DNA from: Acidobacteriota bacterium | Lineage (GTDB): Bacteria > Acidobacteriota > Vicinamibacteria > Marinacidobacterales > Marinacidobacteraceae | Reading direction: 5' to 3' | Assembly (NCBI GenBank): GCA_009840635.1 | Contig: VXNL01000079.1 | Location: forward strand, 3,782 to 67,781 | Length of the DNA: 64,000 nt | Shown here: one piece after another, positions 45,968 to 55,149 of the stretch | How positions within the stretch are numbered: position 1 is the first letter of the stretch | How the letters are laid out: each line of letters opens with the position of its first letter | The notes under the pieces: generated by a model | The model's database searches: none | Seen by the model: only the letters and a program-made list of their open reading frames with translations | Told to the model about the DNA's origin: nothing | Program-made: the position numbers and the translations under genes

Positions 45968-47374
45968 TCAGGCGGCGGAAGATCGCCGCTCGGCGCTCGT
46001 CCGACGCGTGGGTTCCGTCGGGAGCAACGGCATCTCGATCACTTCCTGATCGAGGCGGTCGCCGTTCTCCTCGCGGAGCAGTCGAAGTGCGTCCCCCAGG
46101 AGGAAGATCGAGCCCGCGATCACCACCTCGCCCTTCCGGCCGGCGAGCCGGCAGGCCCTGGCGAGCGCTTGCGGGACGTCCTCCACGGTTTCCGCGTGGG
46201 TGCCGTTTCCGGCAAACACGCGCTCGGCGCCGGCCTTCAGGTCGGCGATGGGGAGCGCCCGCCGGGTCGCCGCGGCGGTGAGGAGGACCTGCTGGAAGTG
46301 CGGCGCCAGCGGTGCCAGCATCTCCTCGACCCGTTTGTCGCGACTGGCCCCGAAGACCAGCACCCGACGCCCGTTGCGCCCCAGGGTGTCCAGGTACTCC
46401 GCGAGTCGTTCGGCGCCGCTCGGATTGTGCGCGGCGTCGAGGAGGAGTCGCGGACGGCTGTCGTCGGCGGGCAGCCATTCCAGCCGTCCCGGCCACCGGA
46501 CAGCCGAGACGCCCCGCCGGACCCGGACCGGGTCGAGGATTCCGAGCCCCTGCCGGGCGAAGAACCGCTCCGCTCCCCGCACCGCGAGCGCCAGGTTGTC
46601 CAGTTGATGCCCGCCGGGCAGGGGCAGCCAGAGATCGTCGTACGTTGCTTCGGGGGTGGAAAGGACTCCCGCGGCTCCCGTTCGGTGGATGGTGAACTCG
46701 CTTCCGGTTTCGCCGGCCACATCCCGTGGGCGGGCACCGCGGTCCCGGGCGCTGGCCGCGAGAACCTCGGCCGCCTCGGGGTCCTGCCGCGCGATCAGCA
46801 ACTCGCCGCCGGGCCGGGCCACGGCTCCCTTCTCGCCGGCGATCTCGCGAACCGTCTTGCCCAGATAGCGCTCGTGATCGAGGGCGATGCGGGTCACGAG
46901 TCCGAGTGGCGCGTCGGTCGCTGTCGTCGCGTCCCATCGGCCGCCCATCCCCACCTCGAAGACCGCCGCGTCCACCTCGTGCCGGGCGAAGGCGAGGAAG
47001 GCGGCACCCGTGATCGTCTCGAAGAACGACGGCTGCTGATCCGCAGGCAGGCGCTCGGCCGCGCTCGCGATATCACCGATGAGGCTGGCGAACTCGTCCT
47101 CCGGAAGCTGGCGGCCGTTCACCAGGATCCGCTCCCCGATGGAAACGAGATGGGGCGAGGTAAAGCGCCCCGTGCGAAGCCCGTGGGCCCGGAGGGTCGA
47201 GTCCAGGATGGCGACGGTCGAGCCCTTTCCGTTCGTTCCCGCGACCACCACCGACGGGAACCGGTGCTCGGGGTGGCCGAGCGCCCGGGCGAGCAGCCGG
47301 ATGTTCCGGGTTCCCACCTTGACGTGGAACTGCTCGCGGCTCTTCAGGAAAGCGAGCGCCTCCTCGTACTTCAT
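45968..47374 (-). CDS. folC: Folylpolyglutamate synthase / dihydrofolate synthase
   Basis: A Mur-ligase fold with the P-loop VAGTNGKGST. Confidence 0.9.
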   Translation of the reverse strand: MKYEEALAFLKSREQFHVKVGTRNIRLLARALGHPEHRFPSVVVAGTNGKGSTVAILDSTLRAHGLRTGRFTSPHLVSIGERILVNGRQLPEDEFASLIGDIASAAERLPADQQPSFFETITGAAFLAFARHEVDAAVFEVGMGGRWDATTATDAPLGLVTRIALDHERYLGKTVREIAGEKGAVARPGGELLIARQDPEAAEVLAASARDRGARPRDVAGETGSEFTIHRTGAAGVLSTPEATYDDLWLPLPGGHQLDNLALAVRGAERFFARQGLGILDPVRVRRGVSAVRWPGRLEWLPADDSRPRLLLDAAHNPSGAERLAEYLDTLGRNGRRVLVFGASRDKRVEEMLAPLAPHFQQVLLTAAATRRALPIADLKAGAERVFAGNGTHAETVEDVPQALARACRLAGRKGEVVIAGSIFLLGDALRLLREENGDRLDQEVIEMPLLPTEPTRRTSAERRSSAA

Positions 47375-47401
47375 AAGGAGGTGCGGAAGGGACCGCCCGC
47401 T

Positions 47402-48337
47402 CTACCGGACGGTGCGGACCAGCGCCGGCTCCGGTGCGGTCTGCACCGTGGCGGCGGCGTCCTTCTCCACCGAAGCTGCGACTTCGGCGGGTTCGTACAT
47501 GAATCGCAGGAAACTGCCCAACGCACCCCGAAGGTCGCGGCGGTGGACCACCCGGTCGAGCATCCCGTGGCGGAGCAGGAATTCGGAACGCTGGAAGCCG
47601 GGAGGCAGTTCGCCGCGGATCGTCTGCTGGATCACGCGGGGACCGGCAAAGCCGATCAGTGCTCCGGGCTCGGCAAGGTTCATGTCTCCGAGCATCGCGT
47701 AGCTGGCCGTGACACCCCCGGTGGTCGGATGGGTGAGCACCGAGATGTAGGGCAGGCCCGCATCGTCGAGCACGGCGAGCGCCGACGAGATCTTGGCCAT
47801 CTGCATCAGCGAGAGGGCGCCCTCCTGCATCCGGGCGCCGCCCGAACAGGAGACCACGATCAGCGGGATCCGTGCCTCGCAGGCGGCTTCCACCGCGCGG
47901 GTGATCTGCTCGCCCACGACTACGCCCATGCTGCCGCCGATGAACGCGTACTCCATGACGGCGAGGACCACCGGCGTGCGCTCGATCTCGGCGCGCACCA
48001 CGATGACGGCGTCGTCGAGGCCGGTCTTTTCCGCGCCCTTCGAGAGCCGGTCGCGATACTCCACCCGGTCGCGAAAGCGGAGCGGGTCGTTGGAGCGGAT
48101 GTCTGCAGAGATCTCCCGGTAGACCCCTTCGTCAACCAGCATCTCGATGCGCTCGCGCGCCCCGAGCCGCAGGTGGAAGTCGCACCGGGGGCAGACTTCG
48201 AGGTTCTCGCGGAGCGCCCGCCCGTAAACGATCTCCGAGCACCCCTCGCAGCGGACGAAGAGGCCCTCGGGCACCTGGGGCCCGGGGCGACTGTCTCCGC
48301 CGGCGCCGGGACTCCCGCGCCCTTCCGACATGGACAT
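47402..48337 (-). CDS. accD: Acetyl-CoA carboxylase carboxyltransferase beta subunit
   Basis: It has an N-terminal Zn-ribbon (CEGC...CPRC) and a carboxyltransferase domain. Confidence 0.95.
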   Translation of the reverse strand: MSMSEGRGSPGAGGDSRPGPQVPEGLFVRCEGCSEIVYGRALRENLEVCPRCDFHLRLGARERIEMLVDEGVYREISADIRSNDPLRFRDRVEYRDRLSKGAEKTGLDDAVIVVRAEIERTPVVLAVMEYAFIGGSMGVVVGEQITRAVEAACEARIPLIVVSCSGGARMQEGALSLMQMAKISSALAVLDDAGLPYISVLTHPTTGGVTASYAMLGDMNLAEPGALIGFAGPRVIQQTIRGELPPGFQRSEFLLRHGMLDRVVHRRDLRGALGSFLRFMYEPAEVAASVEKDAAATVQTAPEPALVRTVR

Positions 48338-48444
48338 ATGAGCCGGGCATCCTAACAGACGGGTGGGGTCGCCGCCGGGCGGGGACGAGGCGCTCTCCGG
48401 AAGCCTGCGGCCCCGTCATCTGCCTGTTTTCGGGCGCCGGGACC

Positions 48445-49044
48445 TCAGTCGATAAACAGGGGCACGATGGCGGCAACGAGCAGCAGGCCCATCGCGACGT
48501 TGAAGGTCCGGAGCCAGCCGCCGCGCTTCAGGAGCCGCCCGATCCCGACGCCGAAGAGGGTCCAGACCGAAGCGCAGGCGTAGTTCACGGAGACGAAGCT
48601 CAGGGTGATCGCCCCCACTTCGAAGAAGAGGTCTCCCTCGACGGTCGTGAAGGCGCTGATCGCGCTGATGGCGACCACCCACCCCTTGGGGTTGACCCAC
48701 TGGAAGGCGGCGGCCTGCAGGAAGGTGAACGGGCGTCCGGGGCGCTCCTGCGCCGGCCCCGGCCCGCTGGCGGTGGCGATCCTCCAGGCCATCCAGAGGA
48801 TGGCAGCGGCGCCCACGTACTGGAGGACCACATGCACCGCGGGAACGGCCTCGAAGACACCCCCGAGGCCGAACCCCACCCCGGCCACCATCGCCGGATA
48901 CCCGAGGCCGATGCCGAGGAGATGCGGGATCGTCCGCCGGTATCCGAAGTTCGCGCCCGATGCGGTGACCATGACGTTGTTGGGTCCGGGCGTGATGGAC
49001 ATGGAGAACGCGAAGAGCGCGACGGGGAGGATCAGGTCGAGCAT
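48445..49044 (-). CDS. LysE/RhtB-family amino-acid exporter
   Basis: SITPGPNN is a LysE signature, and the protein has 6 TM helices. The start is ATG 49042-49044. The longer track ORF reads into a REP. Confidence 0.8.
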   Translation of the reverse strand: MLDLILPVALFAFSMSITPGPNNVMVTASGANFGYRRTIPHLLGIGLGYPAMVAGVGFGLGGVFEAVPAVHVVLQYVGAAAILWMAWRIATASGPGPAQERPGRPFTFLQAAAFQWVNPKGWVVAISAISAFTTVEGDLFFEVGAITLSFVSVNYACASVWTLFGVGIGRLLKRGGWLRTFNVAMGLLLVAAIVPLFID

Positions 49045-49136
49045 GAAGGGGGCAGCGGGGCGCCGGGGAGTATGGGCGTTGCGAGCCGTTTCGTCGTCAG
49101 GCGGGGGGCGTTGCGCACTTTGCGGACCTGTGGCCC

Positions 49137-49253
49137 GCGGTGCCGGCTGAAGCCGGCGTTCCAAGCCAGGGGTGCGCTCTGGGCGCGCGTCAGGTTGGGA
49201 CGTGCGCGGCGCGGAGCGCCGCTGTGCCGGTCTGGAGACCGGCGTTCCAAGCC
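49137..49253 (-). repeat. Two direct REP-like family-1 copies: 49137-49167 (loop CTGAAG) and 49204-49253 (GCGGCGC-GGA-GCGCCGC hairpin plus loop TCTGGAGA), in the divergent LysE/fadD spacer
   Basis: Both end in CCGGCGTTCCAAGCC. The second copy has the same subtype architecture as the copy at 7976-8026. Confidence 0.75.
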
Positions 49254-49310
49254 GGAGGTGAGGTCCTGGCGCGCGTGGTTGCGTAAGATCACTGGCCGGA
49301 GGTGCCCCCC

Positions 49311-51095
49311 ATGGAAGCGCAGACCCTCAATCAGCTTTTCGCCGCCGCGTGTGCGCGGCACAACAAGGAAGACGCCATCCTCCACAAGGAGGGAGGGGAG
49401 TGGAAGAAGCTCTCGTCCGCGGGCTGGCTCGACGCCGCGAGGGACGCGGCGGTCGGTCTGGCGCTCCGCGGAGTGCAGAAGGGAGACCGGGTGGTGCTCC
49501 TGTCGGAAAACCGGCTGGAGTGGTTCACGATCGAAGCGGGACTCCAGATCCTGGGCGCCGTGACGGTGCCGATCTATCCCACGCTCACGGCGCAGCAGGC
49601 CGCCTACATCATCCAGGACTCGGGTGCGCGGGTGGTGATCGCCTCCTCCGCGGAGCAGCAGGCCAAGATCGCGGCAGTCCGCGACTCGCTGTCGAGCGTC
49701 GAGATGGTCTTCACTCTCGACGCGCCGGTGGAGGGTTCGGGGGGTCAGTCGTGGTCGAGGGTGACCGACGCCGGGAAGAGTTCGCGCGCGGTGGATTCCG
49801 GAGGGGCCGAGCGCCTGGCGGCCGCGGTTTCCGGTGACGACGTCGCCACCATCATCTACACGTCGGGAACCACCGGCAATCCCAAGGGGGTGATGCTCAC
49901 CCAGCAGAACCTGGTGCAGAACACCCTCGCCTCCCACGAAGCGCTGACGCTGACACCGGAGGACCGCGCGATCTCCGTGCTGCCCTACAGCCACGTGTTC
50001 GCCCGCATGGTGGCGCACTACCTGTATCCGCACGCCGGGGTCACGATCGCGATCGCCGAGAGCATGGACACGCTGGTACAGAACATCGGGGAAGTCCATC
50101 CCACGGTGATGGCGTGCGTGCCCCGCTTCTACGAGAAGATGCGGGACAAGGTCCTCGAGTCGGCGGCCGCCGGCAGCCCGCTGAAGCAGAAGATCTTCAA
50201 CTGGGCGTTCTCGGTCGGGTACGCGGTCGGCAAACACCGCCAGGACGGCACCCCGGTGCCGGCGGGCCTGAAGTTCAAGTACGGCCTCGCGACCAAGCTG
50301 GTCTTCAGCAAGCTCCACGCCCGGATGGGCGGGCGGATGGAGCTCTTCGTCTCGGGCGGGGCGGCGCTTCCCCGCGACGTCGCCGAGTTCTTCCTGGCGG
50401 CGGGCTGGGTCGTGATCGAGGGCTACGGCCTGACGGAAACCTCGCCGGTCATCACCGTGAACCGCCGGGAGCGCTTCCGGTTCGGAACGGTGGGGACCAC
50501 CATTCGCGGGGTGGACGTGAAGATCGCCGACGACGGAGAGATCCTCTGCCGCGGCCACAACGTGATGAAGGGGTACTTCGGCAACGAGGCGGCTACAAGC
50601 GAAGCGGTCGTGGACGGCTGGTTCCATACCGGTGACGTCGGCGCCTTCGACGAGGACGGCTTCCTGCGGATCACGGATCGTAAGAAGGATCTGCTCGTCA
50701 CCGCCGGCGGCAAGAACGTCGCCCCGCAACCGATCGAGGGAAGCCTCAAGTCGAGCGTCTATATCGCCGAACTGGTGATGGTCGGGGACGGCAAGCCCTA
50801 CCTCTCGGCGCTGGTCGCGCCGGACTTCGAGCAGCTCGGAAGGTGGTGCGAGGGAGAAGGAATCCCGTCCGACAGCCCCGAGGCGATGGCCGCCGACGAA
50901 CGCGTCCAGGCGCATCTGATGGCCGAGATCGGCCGGCTGAGCGAGGGCCTCGCGTCCTTCGAGCAGGTCAAGAAGATTGCCGTGGTGACGGCGGCCTTCA
51001 CGATCGAAAGCGGGGAGCTGACGCCCACCATGAAGGTGAAGCGCCGGGTGGTGGCGAACCGGTACGCCGACCTGATCGAATCCCTGTACGCCTGA
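49311..51095 (+). CDS. fadD: Long-chain fatty-acid--CoA ligase (AMP-dependent synthetase)
   Basis: It carries the AMP-binding motif YTSGTTGNPKG. An RBS GGAGG lies 9 nt upstream of ATG 49311. Confidence 0.9.
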   Translation: MEAQTLNQLFAAACARHNKEDAILHKEGGEWKKLSSAGWLDAARDAAVGLALRGVQKGDRVVLLSENRLEWFTIEAGLQILGAVTVPIYPTLTAQQAAYIIQDSGARVVIASSAEQQAKIAAVRDSLSSVEMVFTLDAPVEGSGGQSWSRVTDAGKSSRAVDSGGAERLAAAVSGDDVATIIYTSGTTGNPKGVMLTQQNLVQNTLASHEALTLTPEDRAISVLPYSHVFARMVAHYLYPHAGVTIAIAESMDTLVQNIGEVHPTVMACVPRFYEKMRDKVLESAAAGSPLKQKIFNWAFSVGYAVGKHRQDGTPVPAGLKFKYGLATKLVFSKLHARMGGRMELFVSGGAALPRDVAEFFLAAGWVVIEGYGLTETSPVITVNRRERFRFGTVGTTIRGVDVKIADDGEILCRGHNVMKGYFGNEAATSEAVVDGWFHTGDVGAFDEDGFLRITDRKKDLLVTAGGKNVAPQPIEGSLKSSVYIAELVMVGDGKPYLSALVAPDFEQLGRWCEGEGIPSDSPEAMAADERVQAHLMAEIGRLSEGLASFEQVKKIAVVTAAFTIESGELTPTMKVKRRVVANRYADLIESLYA

Positions 51096-51114
51096 CGGTT
51101 CCGCCCCGGGCCCG

Positions 51115-52605
51115 GTGAACGACCCTTTCGAGACCGTCATCGGGCTCGAGGTACACGTCCAGCTCGATACCCGGACGAAGCTCTTCTGCGGCTGCCGGAA
51201 CGAGTTCGGCTCACCCCCGAACTCGCACCTCTGCCCGGTGTGTTACGGCCTCCCCGGAGCGCTCCCGGTGCCCAACGTGAGAGCCGTGGAACTCGCGGTT
51301 CTCGCGGGACTCGCCCTCGATTGCGAAATCAACGAGGAGTCGGTCTTCGAGCGGAAGCACTACTTCTATCCCGATCTCCCCAAGGGCTACCAGATCACCC
51401 AGTACGAGTTTCCGCTGGCGGAGGCGGGGTCCGTCCACATCCGGCTGGAGGCGGAGCGGGATGGGGAGACGGTGGACCGCAACGTCGGGATCAACCGGAT
51501 CCAGATCGAGGAGGACGCCGGCAAACTCGTTCACGACGGGTTCCCGGGGTCGGACAAGCGAAGCGGCGTGGACTTCAACCGCGCCGGCGTGCCGCTCATC
51601 GAGATCGTGAGCGACCCGGACATGCGTTCGGCCGCCGAGGCGGTTGCCTACGCGCGCGAACTCAGGAGCCGGATCGTCTATTGCGGGGTGTCCGACGCCG
51701 ACATGGAGAAGGGCAACCTGCGCATGGACGGCAACGTCTCGGTCCGGCGGCGGGGCGACCTGGACTACGGGGTCAAGGTGGAGCTGAAGAACCTGAACTC
51801 GTTCCGGTTCCTCCAGCGGGCGCTCGAATACGAGGAACGACGCCAGCGCGAAGTCCTGACCGGCGGACGGAAGGTCGTCCAGGAAACCCGCCTCTACGAC
51901 GAGGCACGCGGGGTGACCGAGCCCATGCGGAGCAAGGAGGAAGCCGAGGACTACCGCTACTTCCCGGATCCCGACCTTCCCCCGCTTCGACTGCCGGAGG
52001 GGCTGCTCGAGGCGTCGCGCGGCGCGCTTCCCGAATTCCCGCGCGCTCGCGCCGCCCGTTACCGGAGCGAGCACGGCATCGCCGCCGACCAGGCCGGACG
52101 GATCGCCGGACGCCGGGATCTGGCGGACTACTACGAGGCCACGGTGGCGGCGGCGACGGGCGCCGGCTCTCCGGTTGTCGAGGCTGCGGCCGTGGCCGGC
52201 GGCTGGATCACCACCGAGGTCGCATCCCGCGAAAAGCAGGACGGCCGACTCGCGGCGCCCCCGGAGCGGCTCGGCGAGCTGGTGCATCTCCTCGCCGCGA
52301 AGGAGCTGCCGCGGAACGCCGCGCGGGAGGTCTTCCAGGCGATGTGCGACACCGGACGCTCCGCTCGCGAACTGATGGCGGAGCTCGGATTCGCCGACCT
52401 CGCGGCCGGGTCCCGCCTGGACGAGATCGCCACCCGCCTCGTCGCCGCACACCCGGCCGACCGGGACGCCTACCGGGCGGGAAAGAAGAAGGTGATCGGC
52501 TTCTTCGTGGGGCAGTTGATGCGCGAACTCCGTGGGAAGGCGGACGCCCGCGAGGCCCGGGCGGCGCTCGAACGAGCGCTCGACGGAGATTCGGGAGAGT
52601 CCTGA
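51115..52605 (+). CDS. gatB: Asp-tRNA(Asn)/Glu-tRNA(Gln) amidotransferase subunit B
   Basis: It begins FETVIGLEVHVQL, and the GatB/YqeY C-terminal domain is present. A GTG start is used. Confidence 0.95.
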   Translation: MNDPFETVIGLEVHVQLDTRTKLFCGCRNEFGSPPNSHLCPVCYGLPGALPVPNVRAVELAVLAGLALDCEINEESVFERKHYFYPDLPKGYQITQYEFPLAEAGSVHIRLEAERDGETVDRNVGINRIQIEEDAGKLVHDGFPGSDKRSGVDFNRAGVPLIEIVSDPDMRSAAEAVAYARELRSRIVYCGVSDADMEKGNLRMDGNVSVRRRGDLDYGVKVELKNLNSFRFLQRALEYEERRQREVLTGGRKVVQETRLYDEARGVTEPMRSKEEAEDYRYFPDPDLPPLRLPEGLLEASRGALPEFPRARAARYRSEHGIAADQAGRIAGRRDLADYYEATVAAATGAGSPVVEAAAVAGGWITTEVASREKQDGRLAAPPERLGELVHLLAAKELPRNAAREVFQAMCDTGRSARELMAELGFADLAAGSRLDEIATRLVAAHPADRDAYRAGKKKVIGFFVGQLMRELRGKADAREARAALERALDGDSGES

Positions 52606-52628
52606 TCGCTCCTCCCGACACCGTCCGC

Positions 52629-53261
52629 GTGGTGGCCGTCGCCGGGTGGACGTGCACCGGGAAGACCCGTTTCGCCCAGGCGCTGGCCGCACGGTTTCCC
52701 GCCTGGCAGGCGGTCGTGCTATCCCAGGACGACTACTACCGGGACACCTCGCACCTGTCCCGCGCCGAGCGCACGGACGTCAACTACGACGAGCCGGACT
52801 CGTACGATCTCGACCTGTTCGCCGAGCACCTCGAGACGCTGCGCGCCGGTGGGTCCGTCCCTGATCTGGACTACGACTTCTCGACGGGCGCGCGCCGGGT
52901 AACCGGATCCCTCGGTCCAACGAGGCTGGTGGTCGCGGAGGGGGTGTTCGCCTTCTGGGATGCCCGCGTCCGGGCGGCGGCGGATCTCCGCGTCCTGCTG
53001 GAGGGCGACCTCGATGTCCTTCTCCACCGGCGCATCGCGAGGGACGGCGCGGAGCGCGCCTATACGCCGGCCGAGGTGCGGGAACGGTTCGAGAACATGG
53101 TGATCCCGGCGCAGCGGCTCTACCTCGGTGGCGCCGGGGACGTCGCCGACCTGATCTTCCCCGTGGACTGGGGAAAGGAATGCGTGGATCGGGCCGCGGC
53201 TTGCGTGAAAGGGGATACTTCCGGCCTTCCCGCCACCGAAACGAAAGGAACCAACCCGTGA
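52629..53261 (+). CDS. udk: Uridine kinase (PRK/Udk family)
   Basis: It has a P-loop-like AGWTCTGKT, SQDDYYRD and LVVAEGVFAF. The start is uncertain and is taken as the first in-frame GTG after the gatB stop. Confidence 0.65.
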   Translation: MVAVAGWTCTGKTRFAQALAARFPAWQAVVLSQDDYYRDTSHLSRAERTDVNYDEPDSYDLDLFAEHLETLRAGGSVPDLDYDFSTGARRVTGSLGPTRLVVAEGVFAFWDARVRAAADLRVLLEGDLDVLLHRRIARDGAERAYTPAEVRERFENMVIPAQRLYLGGAGDVADLIFPVDWGKECVDRAAACVKGDTSGLPATETKGTNP

Positions 53262-54097
53262 CCCCTGCTCCTATCCTGCGGGTCGGACACAGCCCCGACC
53301 CCGACGACGCCTTCATGTTCTGCGCCCTCGCGAAGGGGGCGGTGCGCATCCGCGACTACCAGGTGGAGCACGTGCTGGAGGACATCGAGAGCCTGAACGA
53401 CCGCGCCCTCGCCGGGGAACTTCCGATCACCGCGATCTCCGCCCACGCCTACCTTTCGGTCGCGGACCGCTACTGGATCATGGCGACCGGGGCCAGCATG
53501 GGGGAGGGGTACGGCCCGGTGGTGGTGAGCCGGAAGGCCGGAAGCCTCGAGGATCTTGCGGGGCGCCGGGTGGCGATTCCCGGTCCGCGGACCACGGCGG
53601 CGCTGCTGGCCCGGTGTTACATCGGGGAGTTCGAGCCTGTCGTCGTACCCTTCGACCAGATCTTCGAAACGGTCGAAGCGGGCCGCGCCGAAGCCGGTGT
53701 GGTCATCCACGAGGGACAACTCACCTACGAGGCGCGCGGGTTCCACCTGCTCTCGGACTTCGGGGTCCGTTTCGAGGACGAGCATGGTCTCCCGCTCCCG
53801 TTGGGGCTCGACGTCGTGCGGCGCGACCTGGGACGCGATCTCGCGATCGAGGTCAACCGCGCGATGCGGGCGAGCATCGACTGGGCCTACGCCAACGAGG
53901 ATGAGGCGCTCGACTACGCGCTCCTGTTCGGCCGCGGGCTCGAGCGCGAGTTGGGGCGGAAGTTCGTGAAGATGTACGTGTCCGCCCTGACCCGCGACAT
54001 GGGGGACTCCGGGGAGGCGGCGCTCCGGGCGCTCTTCACGATGGCCGAGCGCGCCGGCGTGGTCTCCGAAGCCCCCGATTTCGAACTGATCCGCTGA
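53258..54097 (+). CDS. MqnA/MqnD-family enzyme (futalosine-pathway menaquinone biosynthesis, periplasmic-binding-protein-like fold)
   Basis: The N-terminal LRVGHSPDPDDAFMFCAL matches MqnA/MqnD. A GTG start overlaps the udk stop. Confidence 0.65.
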   Translation: MTPAPILRVGHSPDPDDAFMFCALAKGAVRIRDYQVEHVLEDIESLNDRALAGELPITAISAHAYLSVADRYWIMATGASMGEGYGPVVVSRKAGSLEDLAGRRVAIPGPRTTAALLARCYIGEFEPVVVPFDQIFETVEAGRAEAGVVIHEGQLTYEARGFHLLSDFGVRFEDEHGLPLPLGLDVVRRDLGRDLAIEVNRAMRASIDWAYANEDEALDYALLFGRGLERELGRKFVKMYVSALTRDMGDSGEAALRALFTMAERAGVVSEAPDFELIR

Positions 54098-54172
54098 GAC
54101 CGCGTCCCGGACGTGGATGCGGCCGGGACGGCAACCGGCGACCCGTCCGGTAACGGGATTACGCTACCGCAC

Positions 54173-55129
54173 ATGGTCAGGGTCTTCTTGGCGAGCCGGT
54201 TGCCGGTCCGGCTCTCCGCCGCCGTCGTGGCGATCGCCGTTTCATGGGCCCCGGCGCCAGACGCGGTCGCCGAAGAAGAGCGCTCCGGCTTCTACCTGCG
54301 GGGCGAGTTTGGGGCGAACCAGGCGGCGGGGGTCGTCCTGCTGGGCAAGAGCAATGACCGGGCGAGCCGGTGCGACGAGTTCATCAACCCGCGCTACGCC
54401 GAGATCCCGGGCTGCACGGATCCGGACCGGGGCTCGGCGGCGGGTTGGCAGACCGCCTTCGATCCGGCCTACGGGACCCTGGCCGGTCTCGCGGTCGGCC
54501 ACCGGGTCTCCGACAGGTTCCGGATGGAGGTGGAGACCTTCTACCGGGAGTCCGAGTACGACCAGACCTCCCCGGTGGCGAGCGCCACGGGCGACACCGC
54601 CGGCAAGCTGGAGGGCGAGATCGTGCGCGCCGAGGACCGGATCGGCAGCGTGTCCTCCCGCAACGTCTTCCTGAACCTGGTCTTCGATCTGCCGGTCGAT
54701 GGCCCGCTGACGCCCTTCGCCGGGTTCGGGGTGGGAGTCTCCTGGACGGAGCTGGACTACGGGGACCTGTGGGTGCGCAACGCGGACCCGGCGAAGATCG
54801 CCACCGCCGCCGGCTTGCCGAACGAGGAGGAGGTCCGCCGGAACCTCGCCGCGACGACCACCAGCAAGCAGGGCGAGTTGAGCGACCGCCTCACGGCATT
54901 CCAGGCTCTGGCCGGCGTGGATTGGGAGCTCAACGACACCGCCTCCCTGGGACTCCAGGCGCGCTACGTCCGTTCGGACGCCTTCGAGGACGAGACCGAT
55001 TGGGAGCGACTGCGCAGCCACGCCTCGCAGCTCCGCCTCGATGGCAGCGAGCCGGTCAGTTTCCGGATCCGAACCGAGGAGAGCGTTTCCTACGCCGCCC
55101 TCACCTTCTTTCTGAAGCTGCGATTCTGA
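54173..55129 (+). CDS. Outer-membrane beta-barrel protein
   Basis: It has a signal peptide (VAIAVSWAPAPDAVA) and alternating amphipathic beta-strands. The C-terminal LKLRF ends in an aromatic residue typical of OMPs. Confidence 0.65.
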   Translation: MVRVFLASRLPVRLSAAVVAIAVSWAPAPDAVAEEERSGFYLRGEFGANQAAGVVLLGKSNDRASRCDEFINPRYAEIPGCTDPDRGSAAGWQTAFDPAYGTLAGLAVGHRVSDRFRMEVETFYRESEYDQTSPVASATGDTAGKLEGEIVRAEDRIGSVSSRNVFLNLVFDLPVDGPLTPFAGFGVGVSWTELDYGDLWVRNADPAKIATAAGLPNEEEVRRNLAATTTSKQGELSDRLTAFQALAGVDWELNDTASLGLQARYVRSDAFEDETDWERLRSHASQLRLDGSEPVSFRIRTEESVSYAALTFFLKLRF

Positions 55130-55149
55130 GCGGCTCCGACGCTGCGCGG

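Noticed and set aside
44504-48355. 1283-aa plus-strand ORF, the longest in the track
   Set aside because: It runs antisense across proS, folC and accD, all strongly supported on the minus strand. It is a high-GC antisense artefact.
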